From assembly GCA_014874485.1 (NCBI GenBank), contig JADBJK010000011.1, positions 144,328-208,327 of the forward strand: a stretch of DNA of 64,000 nucleotides, in the 5' to 3' direction. Position 1 is the first letter of the stretch, and each line of letters starts with the position of its first letter. The position numbers were made by a program, and so were the translations under genes. This document shows positions 18,633 to 27,908 of the stretch, piece by piece. The stretch comes from Chloroflexota bacterium. Its GTDB lineage: Bacteria; Chloroflexota; Anaerolineae; DTLA01. The notes beneath the pieces are model-generated. The model made no database searches. It worked only from the letters and a program-made list of their open reading frames with translations, and was not told the DNA's origin.

Positions 18633-20114
18633 TCATTGCAGCGCTTGCTCCCCGAGGTGCAAAGTCTCCAGCACCGCGTGCGCCACGCGGATTCCACCCA
18701 GCGCCGTGGCGGCAACAGACTGGCCGGGGAAGATGCTGTCCCCGACCAGCCAGATGCCTGGGCGCAGCCTCGGCCCGCGGAATCGGAGCAGGCTGGTCTG
18801 CGGGAAACCGCCTACCCAGCCGCCCGCTCGTCGCGTGTAGCGATGGAACGTAACCGGCGTGCCGGTGAGGACGAACTCGGCGGCATCGCGCAGGCCCGGG
18901 AGCGCGCGCTCCGCTGCGGTCAGAATCCGCGCTGTGTATGCAGCCTTGCGGGCCTCGTAGGCGACGCGGTCTGTGCGGTGCAATTCCCACCATGGGGCAG
19001 GGCGCGTGTGGGCGCTGATGGTGATGGCGCGGCGGCCCGCCGGGGCGCGGGTAGCGTCCCAAGCAGGGCTGATGGAGATGAACGGCGCGTTGCCCTCGCT
19101 GAGCGGCTCGCCCGCCACAACCTGATGGTGCAGAACGGCGTCTTCGGGCACGACGCTCGCGTCCACCCCCACGTACACCATGAACGCCCCCCAGCCGTCG
19201 GCAGGACAGCGAGGAGTCGCTTCCTGGCCTAGCAGAACCGCGGCGTCCCCTGGCGTCGTGTTCAGCAGCACGATGTCAGCGATGAAACGTTCGCCATCGC
19301 GCGTGTCTACCCCAATCGGGCGGCCGCTTTGCAGGACCACGCGTGCGGCTTCGTGGCGGTACAGCACGCGCCCGCCGAACCGCGCCACGGCATCGGCCAG
19401 CGCCTGTGCGACCGCGCCCATCCCGCCGGGGAGGTGCCCCGGGCCGCGACGGGGGAGGTCTAGCGCCGCCGCGCCGTACAGTGCCACCGCGTGCGCACTG
19501 GTGGTTTGCGCTGAGATCATCAACTGCGCGTCCACAAACAGCCGCAGCCGCTCGCCTGCGCCGCGTAGGTGCGCCGCCACCGTGCGAACTGCGTCCAGGG
19601 CCAGCGCGGGATTCATGCGCCCGCGCCAGTCGTCCTTCAGCCAATCGGCGCCCATGCCGACGAACGCCGCCACATCCCGCGCGGATTGCGGCGGCCACGG
19701 AGGCAGTCGCAAGGCGAAGTCCCACAGGGCGTCTGCCGTCTGCTCCTGCCAGCGCCAGAACCGCTCGCCCGCATGCCCGAACTTGGCCCGGCGCTCGTCC
19801 CAACGGGCATCATCGCTCCGCCGCGTGATGCACGCTCCATCGGGCAGGTGGACCGTCAGCACGCGGGGGTCGTAGCGGATGGGCCAGTCTATTCCCAGGG
19901 CGCGCCCCAGGGTGTCCATCGGGCCGCCTGGGTAGAACCCCACGGGCAGCGTCGCGCCTGCCTCAAACCGATAACCCCCGCGCGCAAAGGTGCTCGCGCA
20001 TCCGCCCGCGTCGGCGTGGGCTTCCAGCACGGTTACGTCCAGCCCCGCCCGTGCGAGAAGGGCCGCCGCGGACAATCCGCCAACTCCCCCGCCCACTACG
20101 ACCACGCGGCTCAT
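18633..20114 (-). CDS. Phytoene-desaturase-family (CrtI/CrtD/CrtP-like) FAD-dependent oxidoreductase
   Basis: N-terminus '[24 protein letters not shown]' is a Rossmann GxGxxG motif. 494 aa with a CrtI-like C-terminal region '[11 protein letters not shown]'. RBS GAGGTGG. Confidence 0.8.
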   Translation of the reverse strand: MSRVVVVGGGVGGLSAAALLARAGLDVTVLEAHADAGGCASTFARGGYRFEAGATLPVGFYPGGPMDTLGRALGIDWPIRYDPRVLTVHLPDGACITRRSDDARWDERRAKFGHAGERFWRWQEQTADALWDFALRLPPWPPQSARDVAAFVGMGADWLKDDWRGRMNPALALDAVRTVAAHLRGAGERLRLFVDAQLMISAQTTSAHAVALYGAAALDLPRRGPGHLPGGMGAVAQALADAVARFGGRVLYRHEAARVVLQSGRPIGVDTRDGERFIADIVLLNTTPGDAAVLLGQEATPRCPADGWGAFMVYVGVDASVVPEDAVLHHQVVAGEPLSEGNAPFISISPAWDATRAPAGRRAITISAHTRPAPWWELHRTDRVAYEARKAAYTARILTAAERALPGLRDAAEFVLTGTPVTFHRYTRRAGGWVGGFPQTSLLRFRGPRLRPGIWLVGDSIFPGQSVAATALGGIRVAHAVLETLHLGEQALQ

Positions 20115-20154
20115 GCCCCACCTCGCGGCGTGATGGAGATATGGCGACGGCAAC

Positions 20155-21078
20155 TCACCGCGTCAAGTCCCGCAGTGCCCCCTCCAGCGTAGGGAAGCGG
20201 AAGGCGTATCCCAACTCCTGCAACCGCTTGGGCACGGCGCGCTGACCCTCCAGCAGGAGCGTGGCGACCTCGCCGAACAGCAGGCGCATGACGAACGCCG
20301 GCAGCGGTAGCCACGACGGCCGCCGCAACACCCGCGCGATGACGCGGCTCACCTCGGCGTTGGTCATCACATCGGGCGCGACCAGGTTGAACGGCCCGCG
20401 CGCGTCGGGATGTTCAATGAGGAAGCGGATGGCACCCACCTCGTCGGCGATGTGAATCCAGGGGACGTACTGCTTGCCGCCGCCGATTGGGCCGCCCACG
20501 AACAGGCGGAAGGGCAACAACATGAGCGGCAGCACTCCGCCTGTGCGGCTGAACACCACGGCGGTGCGGATGATGGCCCGGCGCACGCCCATGGCCTCCA
20601 CCGGCGCGGTTGCCGCTTCCCACTGGACGGCCACCTGCGCCAGCCAATCGGTGCCGGCGGGCGCGCTCTCGTCCAGCACCCGGTCGCCCGCGAACCCGTA
20701 GATGCCGATGCCCGACGACTGGATGACGACGCCGGGCTTGTGCGCGGCGGCCTGCACCGCCTCCACCACGGCCCGGCCCGCGTCCAGGCGGCTTTGCAGG
20801 ATGAGCCGCTTGCGTTCCGGCGTCCAGCGGCTGGGCAGCAGGCCCTCGCCGGCGATGCTGGCCCCCGCCAGGTTGACGATAGCGCCCGCGCCGTCGGCGA
20901 GATGCCCCCAGCCCTGGGCCGTTCGCCCATCCCAGCGTTCGGCGCGGACGCCCGCGGGCAGGCCCTGCGCCTTGGCCGGGTTGCGGGTCAGCACGATGAC
21001 CTCGTGGCCGGCCTGGGCCAGTTCGGCCGCCAGCGCCGACCCGATGAGCCCTGTTCCTCCCGTAATGAGCACACGCAT
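20155..21078 (-). CDS. TIGR01777/YfcH-family NAD-dependent epimerase-like protein (SDR39U1, DUF1731 C-terminus)
   Basis: '[32 protein letters not shown]' and C-terminal '[14 protein letters not shown]'. Confidence 0.8.
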   Translation of the reverse strand: MRVLITGGTGLIGSALAAELAQAGHEVIVLTRNPAKAQGLPAGVRAERWDGRTAQGWGHLADGAGAIVNLAGASIAGEGLLPSRWTPERKRLILQSRLDAGRAVVEAVQAAAHKPGVVIQSSGIGIYGFAGDRVLDESAPAGTDWLAQVAVQWEAATAPVEAMGVRRAIIRTAVVFSRTGGVLPLMLLPFRLFVGGPIGGGKQYVPWIHIADEVGAIRFLIEHPDARGPFNLVAPDVMTNAEVSRVIARVLRRPSWLPLPAFVMRLLFGEVATLLLEGQRAVPKRLQELGYAFRFPTLEGALRDLTR

Positions 21079-21167
21079 GGCGATGACCTCCTAGGCGAAG
21101 ACTCGCTCGGTTACAGTTCACCAGTGAACGGCAATTGCCGTCGTGCGTCCGACACCGAACGCTGTTC

Positions 21168-21380
21168 TCAGCATTTTTCCACATGCTCAAGGACAGGGCC
21201 AAGTGGCTTGGGCCATCCTCTGACGCATGTGAGATACAGCCGCTTGCGCGCCCGCGTCATTGCCGTGTATACAAGGCGGCGCTGCTCGGACAAGTATTGT
21301 GGAGATGGATCCTCCACCGCAAAGATGTGTGGCCAGGTGGTGAGCATCGTGCTGCAAAGCAGAGGTATTCCGTTGTGCAT
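21168..21380 (-). pseudogene. C-terminal fragment (~70 aa) of a UvrD/PcrA/Rep-family helicase gene. Gene remnant.
   Basis: 'RRLVYTAMTRARKRLYLT' matches helicase motif VI / C-terminal 'RRLxYVaxTRAxxxLxL'. No upstream helicase body remains in any frame. Confidence 0.45.
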
Positions 21381-21485
21381 AATCCATTATACGCGAATGT
21401 CCGGTAATCCGAAATTGAACAAAACAACACCCCCTCCCGCACGACACGCGCCGTGCGGAGGGGGTGTATCTGCCGTAGGTGCGGG

Positions 21486-23750
21486 CTACAGTGCCAACCC
21501 GACTCGGTACCCCGCCTTGACCGCCTCAAACACGCGGCCCACGGAGAACGAGTCGCCCAGGTTGTGCACCTCCGGCGCCACGCGCTCGCGGACGCACGCC
21601 TCGTACAGCGCGTCGTCCGGCTTCAGGCCGACGGCCAGCACCACCAGGTCGGCCTCCAGCGTCTCCTCGCGCAACTCCTCGCGGATGGGCCGGGCCAGCG
21701 GGTTGGGCACGTTCTCGGGCAGGATGGGCCGCCAGGTAACGTAGGGGTCGGGCACCGTCGGCGACACGTTGCGGGCGATGACCACCTCGCGCTCGCCGAT
21801 GCGCTTGACCGTGGCGCAGTTGAGCAGGCGCACGCCCTTACGCTCCAGATGGTGAATCAGGTGCCCGCGGTTGGCCGTGCAGACACCCTTCATGAAGTAC
21901 GGCAGCATCTCCACGACGGCCACATCCTTGCCCAGTTCGTAGGCCAGGAAGTAGGCCGTCTCGCAGCCCACGGAGCCGCCACCGACGATGACGATGTGGC
22001 TCTTGCCGTCGGCCGGCGACGGGTCGCGCAGCAGGTCCACCGCCTGCACCACATGCGGCAGGTCGGCGCCGGGAACGGGCAGACCGCACGGCTTCGCGCC
22101 CGCGCAGATGACGACGGCGTCAAACCCGCCCGCGCGCAGGTCGTCGGGCGAGATGGCGGTGCCGAACCGCGCTGTCAGGTCATGGTCGCGCGCGCACGCT
22201 TCCAGCGCCGCGTTCAGGTAGTCCACGTAGTTGGCCACATCGTACTTGATTTTGGGCACGCAGCCGGGGATCAGCATGCCGCCGGCCTTCGGATTGCGGT
22301 CGTACAGCGTAACGTGGTGGCCGCGGCGTGCCGCCGTCATGGCGCACACGACGCCCGCCGGGCCGGCCCCCACCACCGCGACGCGCTTGGGCTTCTCGGC
22401 GAGGGGCGGCGTCTCGGGCAGGAGTTCCTCAAAGCCAGTGCGCGGGTTCACGGCGCACTGGGGGTGGCCTCCCTCCAGGAACTCGTTGAGGCAGCCTTCC
22501 TGGTCGCCGATGCAGGGGACGATCTCGCTCACGCGGCCGGCATACGCCTTGTTGGGCCATTCGGGGTCGGCCAGCAAGGGCCGCGCCAGCATGATCATGT
22601 CGCACATCCCCTCGCGCAGCGCCCGCTCGGCCAGGTCGGGGTAGCCCAGTTTGCCGACGGCCACGATGGGCACATCCAGCCCGACATTGGACTTGACGCC
22701 GCGCTCGGCGAAGTAGTCCTTGACGATCTTGGCGACTTCCAGATAGCACCCGGGCGGCATGGACGCCGGCGGATGGGGCAGCCACCAGTTGTCGTAGCAG
22801 CCCAGGTCCACGTCAAACATGTCCACGCCCGCGCGCACCAGGTTGACCATGTACTCCAGCGTCATCTCTACGGTGCGCTCGTTGCGGAACTTGCGCAGGC
22901 CCTTGACCGACTGCATGCGCTCGCCGTAGGTGGCGTTGAGCGCCAGCGAGAGGTCAATGCGGTACATGATGGGGTAGCGCGGGCCGGTGCGCTTGCGAAT
23001 CTCCTTGACCAGTTCAGTCCCAAACGCCTGCCAGTCGGCGAATGTGCCCCACTTGCGGCGGTTGAAGGCGGGGTTGGTCATCTGCTCCAGCAGGTACCCC
23101 TCGTGCCCGTGCAGGTACACGCCGTCAATGAGCAGGCCCTTGGCGTCGGCGGCGGCCTGGCCCGCGTTGTCGATGATCTTCCAGCACTCGCGGTTGGTCA
23201 GCGGACGGCAGGGCACTTCCGGGATGTAGAAGTTGGGGTTCCAGTAGGACGAGATGGGCAGTTTGTACTTCTTGACCAGGCACTCGGGCGAGCCGACGCG
23301 CCCCAGGCCCGGCGTGAGTTGGATGAAGAACCGCGCGCCGTGGGCGTGGCAGTTCTCGGCCAGGATGCGCCACCCGGCGTAGTTGGTGCGCGAGCGGTCA
23401 ATGCGCGGGAAGTAGGACAGGTCGCCGGGCTCGGTTACCGACGGGTCCACGCCGTGGCTCACGGGCACCAGACCCGACGTGATGAGGCCCGCGCCGCCTT
23501 TGGCCCGCTCCACGAAGTACTCTATCATCTTGTTGCTGGGCCGGCCCGTCTCGTCGGCCAGGCAGATGTTGCCCATGGGCCCCATGACGATGCGGTTGCG
23601 AATCTTCACGCCGTTGACCTGGATGGGCTGGAACAGGTGGGTGTAGGGGTACAGGTCGGCAGTCATGCGGCCGTCGCGGAGTTTGGCGTCATCGGCGAAC
23701 CAGTCGCCGAAGCCACTCACCAGTTGTCGCAGTCGTTCCTCGTAGTCCAT
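21486..23750 (-). CDS. Old-yellow-enzyme-family FMN oxidoreductase fused to an FAD/NAD(P)-binding domain (2,4-dienoyl-CoA reductase / enoate reductase-like)
   Basis: 754 aa. OYE TIM-barrel N-domain with 'HGHEGYLLEQ'. C-terminal 'RVAVVGAGPAG' and 'IVIVGGGSVGCE' Rossmann motifs. Confidence 0.85.
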   Translation of the reverse strand: MDYEERLRQLVSGFGDWFADDAKLRDGRMTADLYPYTHLFQPIQVNGVKIRNRIVMGPMGNICLADETGRPSNKMIEYFVERAKGGAGLITSGLVPVSHGVDPSVTEPGDLSYFPRIDRSRTNYAGWRILAENCHAHGARFFIQLTPGLGRVGSPECLVKKYKLPISSYWNPNFYIPEVPCRPLTNRECWKIIDNAGQAAADAKGLLIDGVYLHGHEGYLLEQMTNPAFNRRKWGTFADWQAFGTELVKEIRKRTGPRYPIMYRIDLSLALNATYGERMQSVKGLRKFRNERTVEMTLEYMVNLVRAGVDMFDVDLGCYDNWWLPHPPASMPPGCYLEVAKIVKDYFAERGVKSNVGLDVPIVAVGKLGYPDLAERALREGMCDMIMLARPLLADPEWPNKAYAGRVSEIVPCIGDQEGCLNEFLEGGHPQCAVNPRTGFEELLPETPPLAEKPKRVAVVGAGPAGVVCAMTAARRGHHVTLYDRNPKAGGMLIPGCVPKIKYDVANYVDYLNAALEACARDHDLTARFGTAISPDDLRAGGFDAVVICAGAKPCGLPVPGADLPHVVQAVDLLRDPSPADGKSHIVIVGGGSVGCETAYFLAYELGKDVAVVEMLPYFMKGVCTANRGHLIHHLERKGVRLLNCATVKRIGEREVVIARNVSPTVPDPYVTWRPILPENVPNPLARPIREELREETLEADLVVLAVGLKPDDALYEACVRERVAPEVHNLGDSFSVGRVFEAVKAGYRVGLAL

Positions 23751-23924
23751 GGTGGTATTCCCTCTTCGGTAGGATATGCCCGCAGTGCGAATCGCCGCGG
23801 GTTGGATTTGTGTATTCCTTCACAAACCATTGTACACCGCCCGCGGACCGCTGTCAAAACCGTCGGTTGCCCTTGCAGGGGAGGCAAGGCGCCTCGCGCG
23901 GTATCCGCGAATGGGCGCGAATTC

Positions 23925-24300
23925 GCACGAATATTCAATCCACGAATCGCGCGAATCTGCACGAATGTAACAGCCTCCCTGCCCTGTCATGCTGAGCGAA
24001 GCGAAGCATCAGCGAAGCGAAGCATCTCGGTTGGCGAGATTCTTCGCGGCTGCGCCGCTCAGAATGACAGTATGGCCCTGTCATGCCGAGCGGAGCGAAG
24101 CAAATCCACGAATCGCGCGAATCTGCACGAATGTAACAGCCTCCCTGCCCTGTCATGCTGAGCGAAGCGAAGCATCAGCGAAGCGAAGCATCTCGGTTGG
24201 CGAGATTCTTCGCGGCTGCGCCGCTCAGAATGACAGTATGGCCCTGTCATGCCGAGCGGAGCGAAGCAAATCCACGAATCGCGCGAATCTGCACGAATGC
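23925..24300. repeat. Family A-related repeat: two tandem 166-bp copies
   Basis: ORF 23989..24519 translates to the same 48-aa string twice (period 166 nt). Contains 'gtcatgctgagcgaagcgaagcatc' inverted repeats. Confidence 0.8.
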
Positions 24301-24488
24301 AAAGGTGCCATTCGTGTTCATTCGCGCGGATTCGCGGTTCCATGCCGCGCCGCGATTGCCTCGGGCGCTCCGCCCGCCCGCGCAAGGGCAACTTCCACCC
24401 GCCATCGCAAGACGCGGCAAGCGGCGAAGCACTCTCTGCGCCAGCCGGGTAGTCGCACCAGGCTTTGCAGCAAGTGCCGTTGGCCGCC

Positions 24489-24917
24489 CTACTTACCAGG
24501 CAGGTTGTACTGGGCGTAGTTGCCCTCAAACTCCGTCGGGATGGTGGTCAGGATTTCCACCCAGCGGATGATGCGGTTCGCGCCCTGCAGGAGTTGCAGG
24601 AACGGCCCTTGCGTCTTGAGTTTGCGCATGGTGATGGCCTTGGTGGCGCCCATCTTGCCGCGCAGGATGTCCACCCACACGCCGTAGGGAGCCGACAGGG
24701 TGAACAGCGTGGGGCGCTCGCCGATCCACACCTCGTTCATCTTGCCGTCCACGTTGTTGAATCCGATGACGATGCGCTCGTGGACGCCCTGGGCCGGCTC
24801 CGGTTCCAGCACCAGCGTGTACGACTCGTTGTTGCCCTTGGCCAGTTCCAGGTACTGCGGGTCGGCGTTGGAGCGCTTCTTGACCTCTTCCAGGTACTCC
24901 AGGCTCGCGAGTTTCAT
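24489..24917 (-). CDS. SCP2 sterol-carrier-domain protein
   Basis: '...RGKMGATKAITMRKLKTQGPFLQLLQ' is the SCP2 C-terminal amphipathic motif. RBS GGAGGAGG 5 nt before ATG 24917. Confidence 0.65.
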   Translation of the reverse strand: MKLASLEYLEEVKKRSNADPQYLELAKGNNESYTLVLEPEPAQGVHERIVIGFNNVDGKMNEVWIGERPTLFTLSAPYGVWVDILRGKMGATKAITMRKLKTQGPFLQLLQGANRIIRWVEILTTIPTEFEGNYAQYNLPGK

Positions 24918-24934
24918 GTGTACCTCCTCCATTC

Positions 24935-24998
24935 AGCAGTCAGCGATCAGCAGTCAGCGATCAGCAATCAGCGGTCAGCGGTTAGCGGTCGGCGGTCA
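24935..24998. repeat. 7-bp microsatellite, 9 units of (cagcRRt), in the spacer between the ADH stop and the SCP2 RBS
   Basis: 'cagcagt cagcgat cagcagt cagcgat cagcaat cagcggt cagcggt tagcggt cggcggt'. Confidence 0.85.
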
Positions 24999-26019
24999 GT
25001 TCGCCGCCGATGCGGACGAGAACTTTGACCGCCCCGCTGTTGGGCGTATCCAGCAACTTGAACCCTTTCTCCACAGCGTCGTCCAGGGCGATCTCGTGGG
25101 TAATCAGCGACTCCACGTCCACGCGCCCCTGCGCCACGAAGTCAATGGCAGCGGCGAATTGGGCGCGACCGGCTAGGCTGCCCTCAATGCACAGGTCGCC
25201 CATCGCCACGCTCATGAAGTCGGCTTCCACGGGCTCCACGCATAGGCCCAGGACGAAAATCTGCCCGCCCTTGCGCACCAGGGAGATGGCGTCGCGGTAG
25301 GGCTGGGGCGCGCCCGTGCACACGTAGATGACGTCGGGGCCTTGGCCGTCGGTCAGGGCCGACAGGTTCACGACCACGTTGTCGCGCGTTGGGTCCAGCA
25401 CGACCGCTGCACCCAACTTCTGGGCCAGGGCCGCGCGGGTGGGGTCCACCTCGGTTACGGCCACCATCCGCGCCCCGGCCACGAGCGCGCACTGGAGCGT
25501 GAGCAGGCCGATGGGCCCCGCGCCCATGACCAGCGCGCGGTCGCCGGGCTTGAGCCGCGAGCGGTGCACGCCGTGCAGCGCCACCGAAAGCGGCTCCACC
25601 AGCGCGCCGCGGCGCAGGCCCACGCCATCGGGCAGGCGGTGCAAGCCGCGCACGGGCGCGACGCAGTACTCGGCCATGGCCCCGTCGTGGGTTACGCCGA
25701 TCATGTACAGGCTTTCGCAGGCGTCCAGTCGCCCGTCGCGGCAGGGCCGGCACTCGCCGCAGGGGACGGCGTCGTTGACCACGACGCGGTCGCCCGGCCG
25801 CCAGTCGGCCACGTCCGGCCCCACCTGGGCGATGACGCCCGCGAACTCGTGGCCCACGATCAGCCCGGGCGCGTACATGCCGGTGTGGTACGCCTCCATG
25901 TCGGATCCGCAGATGCCGCAATAGCCCACGCGGATGAGGACCTCCCCCGCAGCCGGTTCGGGCATGGGCACATCGGCGACCTCAAACTGCTGGATTCCTC
26001 GCACAACGACGGCTTTCAT
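24982..26019 (-). CDS. Zinc-dependent alcohol dehydrogenase (MDR family, sorbitol/threonine-DH-like)
   Basis: 'GYCGICGSDMEAYHTG...GHEFAGVI' and 'CGECRPCRDG' (structural Zn). 'LVMGAGPIGL' Rossmann motif. Confidence 0.9.
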   Translation of the reverse strand: MKAVVVRGIQQFEVADVPMPEPAAGEVLIRVGYCGICGSDMEAYHTGMYAPGLIVGHEFAGVIAQVGPDVADWRPGDRVVVNDAVPCGECRPCRDGRLDACESLYMIGVTHDGAMAEYCVAPVRGLHRLPDGVGLRRGALVEPLSVALHGVHRSRLKPGDRALVMGAGPIGLLTLQCALVAGARMVAVTEVDPTRAALAQKLGAAVVLDPTRDNVVVNLSALTDGQGPDVIYVCTGAPQPYRDAISLVRKGGQIFVLGLCVEPVEADFMSVAMGDLCIEGSLAGRAQFAAAIDFVAQGRVDVESLITHEIALDDAVEKGFKLLDTPNSGAVKVLVRIGGELTADR

Positions 26020-26123
26020 GTGCTCCTCCTACATATCTTTGCACCGCAGAGACGCGTTCGGTTGTTCGCACCGCAGAGACGCAGAGCGCACAGAGGGTAT
26101 TCGGTTGTTTGCGGTGAAACTCC

Positions 26124-27848
26124 TTACCACGGGAGTTCGCACCCCTCCATCCAGACGGCATCCAGGTTCTCCAGGTCGGGCGGCGTCAGGTTGGCCCATT
26201 TGTCCACCACCACGTCCAGCACCGCCGGCTTGCCCGACTTGACCGCGCGCTCCAGGGCCGGCGTGATCTGCGACGGCTCCTCAACGCGTTCCCCGTAGCA
26301 GCCCATGGCCCGCGCCACCAGGTCGTAGCGCACGTCGTCAAAGTCCACGCCGATGTAGCGTGCGTCGTAGGCGGCCAACTGCGCACCCTTGATCATCCCC
26401 CACTGGCAGTCGTTGGCAACGATGACGACAAACGGCAACTTGAGCCGCGCCGCCGTCTCCAACTCCTGCATGTTGAGGCCGAAGGCCCCGTCGCCGCAGA
26501 TGGCGTACACCGGGCGGTCGGGCGCGGCCAGTTTCGCGCCGATGGCGTAGGGCAGGCCCGTGCCCAGTTGCCCCGAGTCGGCGGCCCACAGGAACGACCG
26601 CGGCGCGTACACGCGGTTCAGGTAGTGCGCCCAGACGTTGGTGTTGCCGCCGTCCACGATGGTGATGGCGTCGCGCGGGAAGAAGGCCCGCACGTCGCGC
26701 ACCAGGCGCAGCGGGTGAATCGGCGTCCTGTCCGAGGCGGCGTCGGCGGCGAACTGCGCCAGCCAGGCCTCCTGCGTCGCGCGGTAGTCGGCCATGTCGG
26801 GCCGTTCGGGGATGGGCTTGGTGAGGCGTTTCACGGCCTCAATCAGCAGGCGCAGGGTGGCCTTGGCGTCGCCGATGAGGGCCAAATCCACGGGGCGGTT
26901 CAGGCCGACCACCTGCGGCTCAATGTCAATCTGAATCAGTTTCTGCGCATCAGGCTCGCCCCAATAAGGTGGCTGGCCCCAGAAATCCACATCGCCAAGC
27001 CGCCCGCCGACGAGGAGCACCACGTCGGCCATGGCCTGGGCCCCCAGCGCGCCGAACCCGCCCGGAATCAGGCACAGGGGGTGGTCCTCCGGGATGACGC
27101 CACACGCGCCCTGGCTGGTGGTAACGGGGGCCGACAGGTACTCGGCGAGTTCGCGGACCTCGTCCCACGCGCCGGAGCGAAGCGCGCCGCCGCCCGGGTG
27201 GATGAGCGGGCGCTCGGCTTCCACCAGCATCCGCGCCGCCTGCTCAATTAACTCGGGCTGGGCCACGGGGCCGCGGTCGGCTCGGTAGCGGGATGGCGGC
27301 GAGATGTCCAGCGACTCCTCGTCGCCGGTGCCCACCATCACGTCCACGTGCAGGTCCAGGTGCACCGGACGCGGGCGACCGGACACCGCCGCGCGGAAGG
27401 CCGCATGCACCAGTTCCGGGATGCGCTTCCAGTGGGCCACGCGGGCGCTCCATTTGGTGATGGGCTGGAACAGGCCGATTTGGTCCAGCGACTGCATGGA
27501 GCCGCGCTCCGGGTACGATTTCCACGTCTGGTTCTGGGCCGTGAGCACCACCATCGGGATGGAGTCGGCCCAGGCCGCGTACACGCCGGGCACCAGGTCT
27601 GCGGCGCCAGGCCCCACCGTGCCGATGCACACGCCCGGCTCGCCGGTAACCCGCGCGTAGGCGTCGGCCATGTGGGCGGCGGCCTGCTCGTGGCGCGTCA
27701 TGATGAATTGCAGGCCCGCGTCGCTCCCGAAGCGCCGTATGGCATCCAGGATGGGGCACAGTTGCCCGCCGGGGATGCCGAAGACAAACCGCACGTTCTC
27801 CTGAATCAGGCATTTGACCAGGACATCGGAACCCATGATTGCGCCCAT
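26124..27848 (-). CDS. Thiamine-diphosphate-dependent enzyme (acetolactate-synthase / benzoylformate-decarboxylase-like)
   Basis: N-terminal Pyr domain 'RHEQAAAHMADAYARVTGEPGVC'. C-terminal PP motif 'GDGAFGLNMQELETA...IVANDCQWGMI' (GDG-X24-N). Confidence 0.85.
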   Translation of the reverse strand: MGAIMGSDVLVKCLIQENVRFVFGIPGGQLCPILDAIRRFGSDAGLQFIMTRHEQAAAHMADAYARVTGEPGVCIGTVGPGAADLVPGVYAAWADSIPMVVLTAQNQTWKSYPERGSMQSLDQIGLFQPITKWSARVAHWKRIPELVHAAFRAAVSGRPRPVHLDLHVDVMVGTGDEESLDISPPSRYRADRGPVAQPELIEQAARMLVEAERPLIHPGGGALRSGAWDEVRELAEYLSAPVTTSQGACGVIPEDHPLCLIPGGFGALGAQAMADVVLLVGGRLGDVDFWGQPPYWGEPDAQKLIQIDIEPQVVGLNRPVDLALIGDAKATLRLLIEAVKRLTKPIPERPDMADYRATQEAWLAQFAADAASDRTPIHPLRLVRDVRAFFPRDAITIVDGGNTNVWAHYLNRVYAPRSFLWAADSGQLGTGLPYAIGAKLAAPDRPVYAICGDGAFGLNMQELETAARLKLPFVVIVANDCQWGMIKGAQLAAYDARYIGVDFDDVRYDLVARAMGCYGERVEEPSQITPALERAVKSGKPAVLDVVVDKWANLTPPDLENLDAVWMEGCELPW

Positions 27849-27908
27849 CTCTACCTCCTTATGCTCTCAATCTTCGTGGTCTCCGCGGTGATTTCCAGTG
27901 CAAGGCGT

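Noticed and set aside
21135-21529. Short ORFs 21135..21407 (+), 21187..21447 (-) and 21257..21529 (-) in the gap after the YfcH-like gene
   Set aside because: No RBS or motifs. Only the 21168..21380 (-) frame shows a recognisable helicase motif VI, and it is treated as a remnant.
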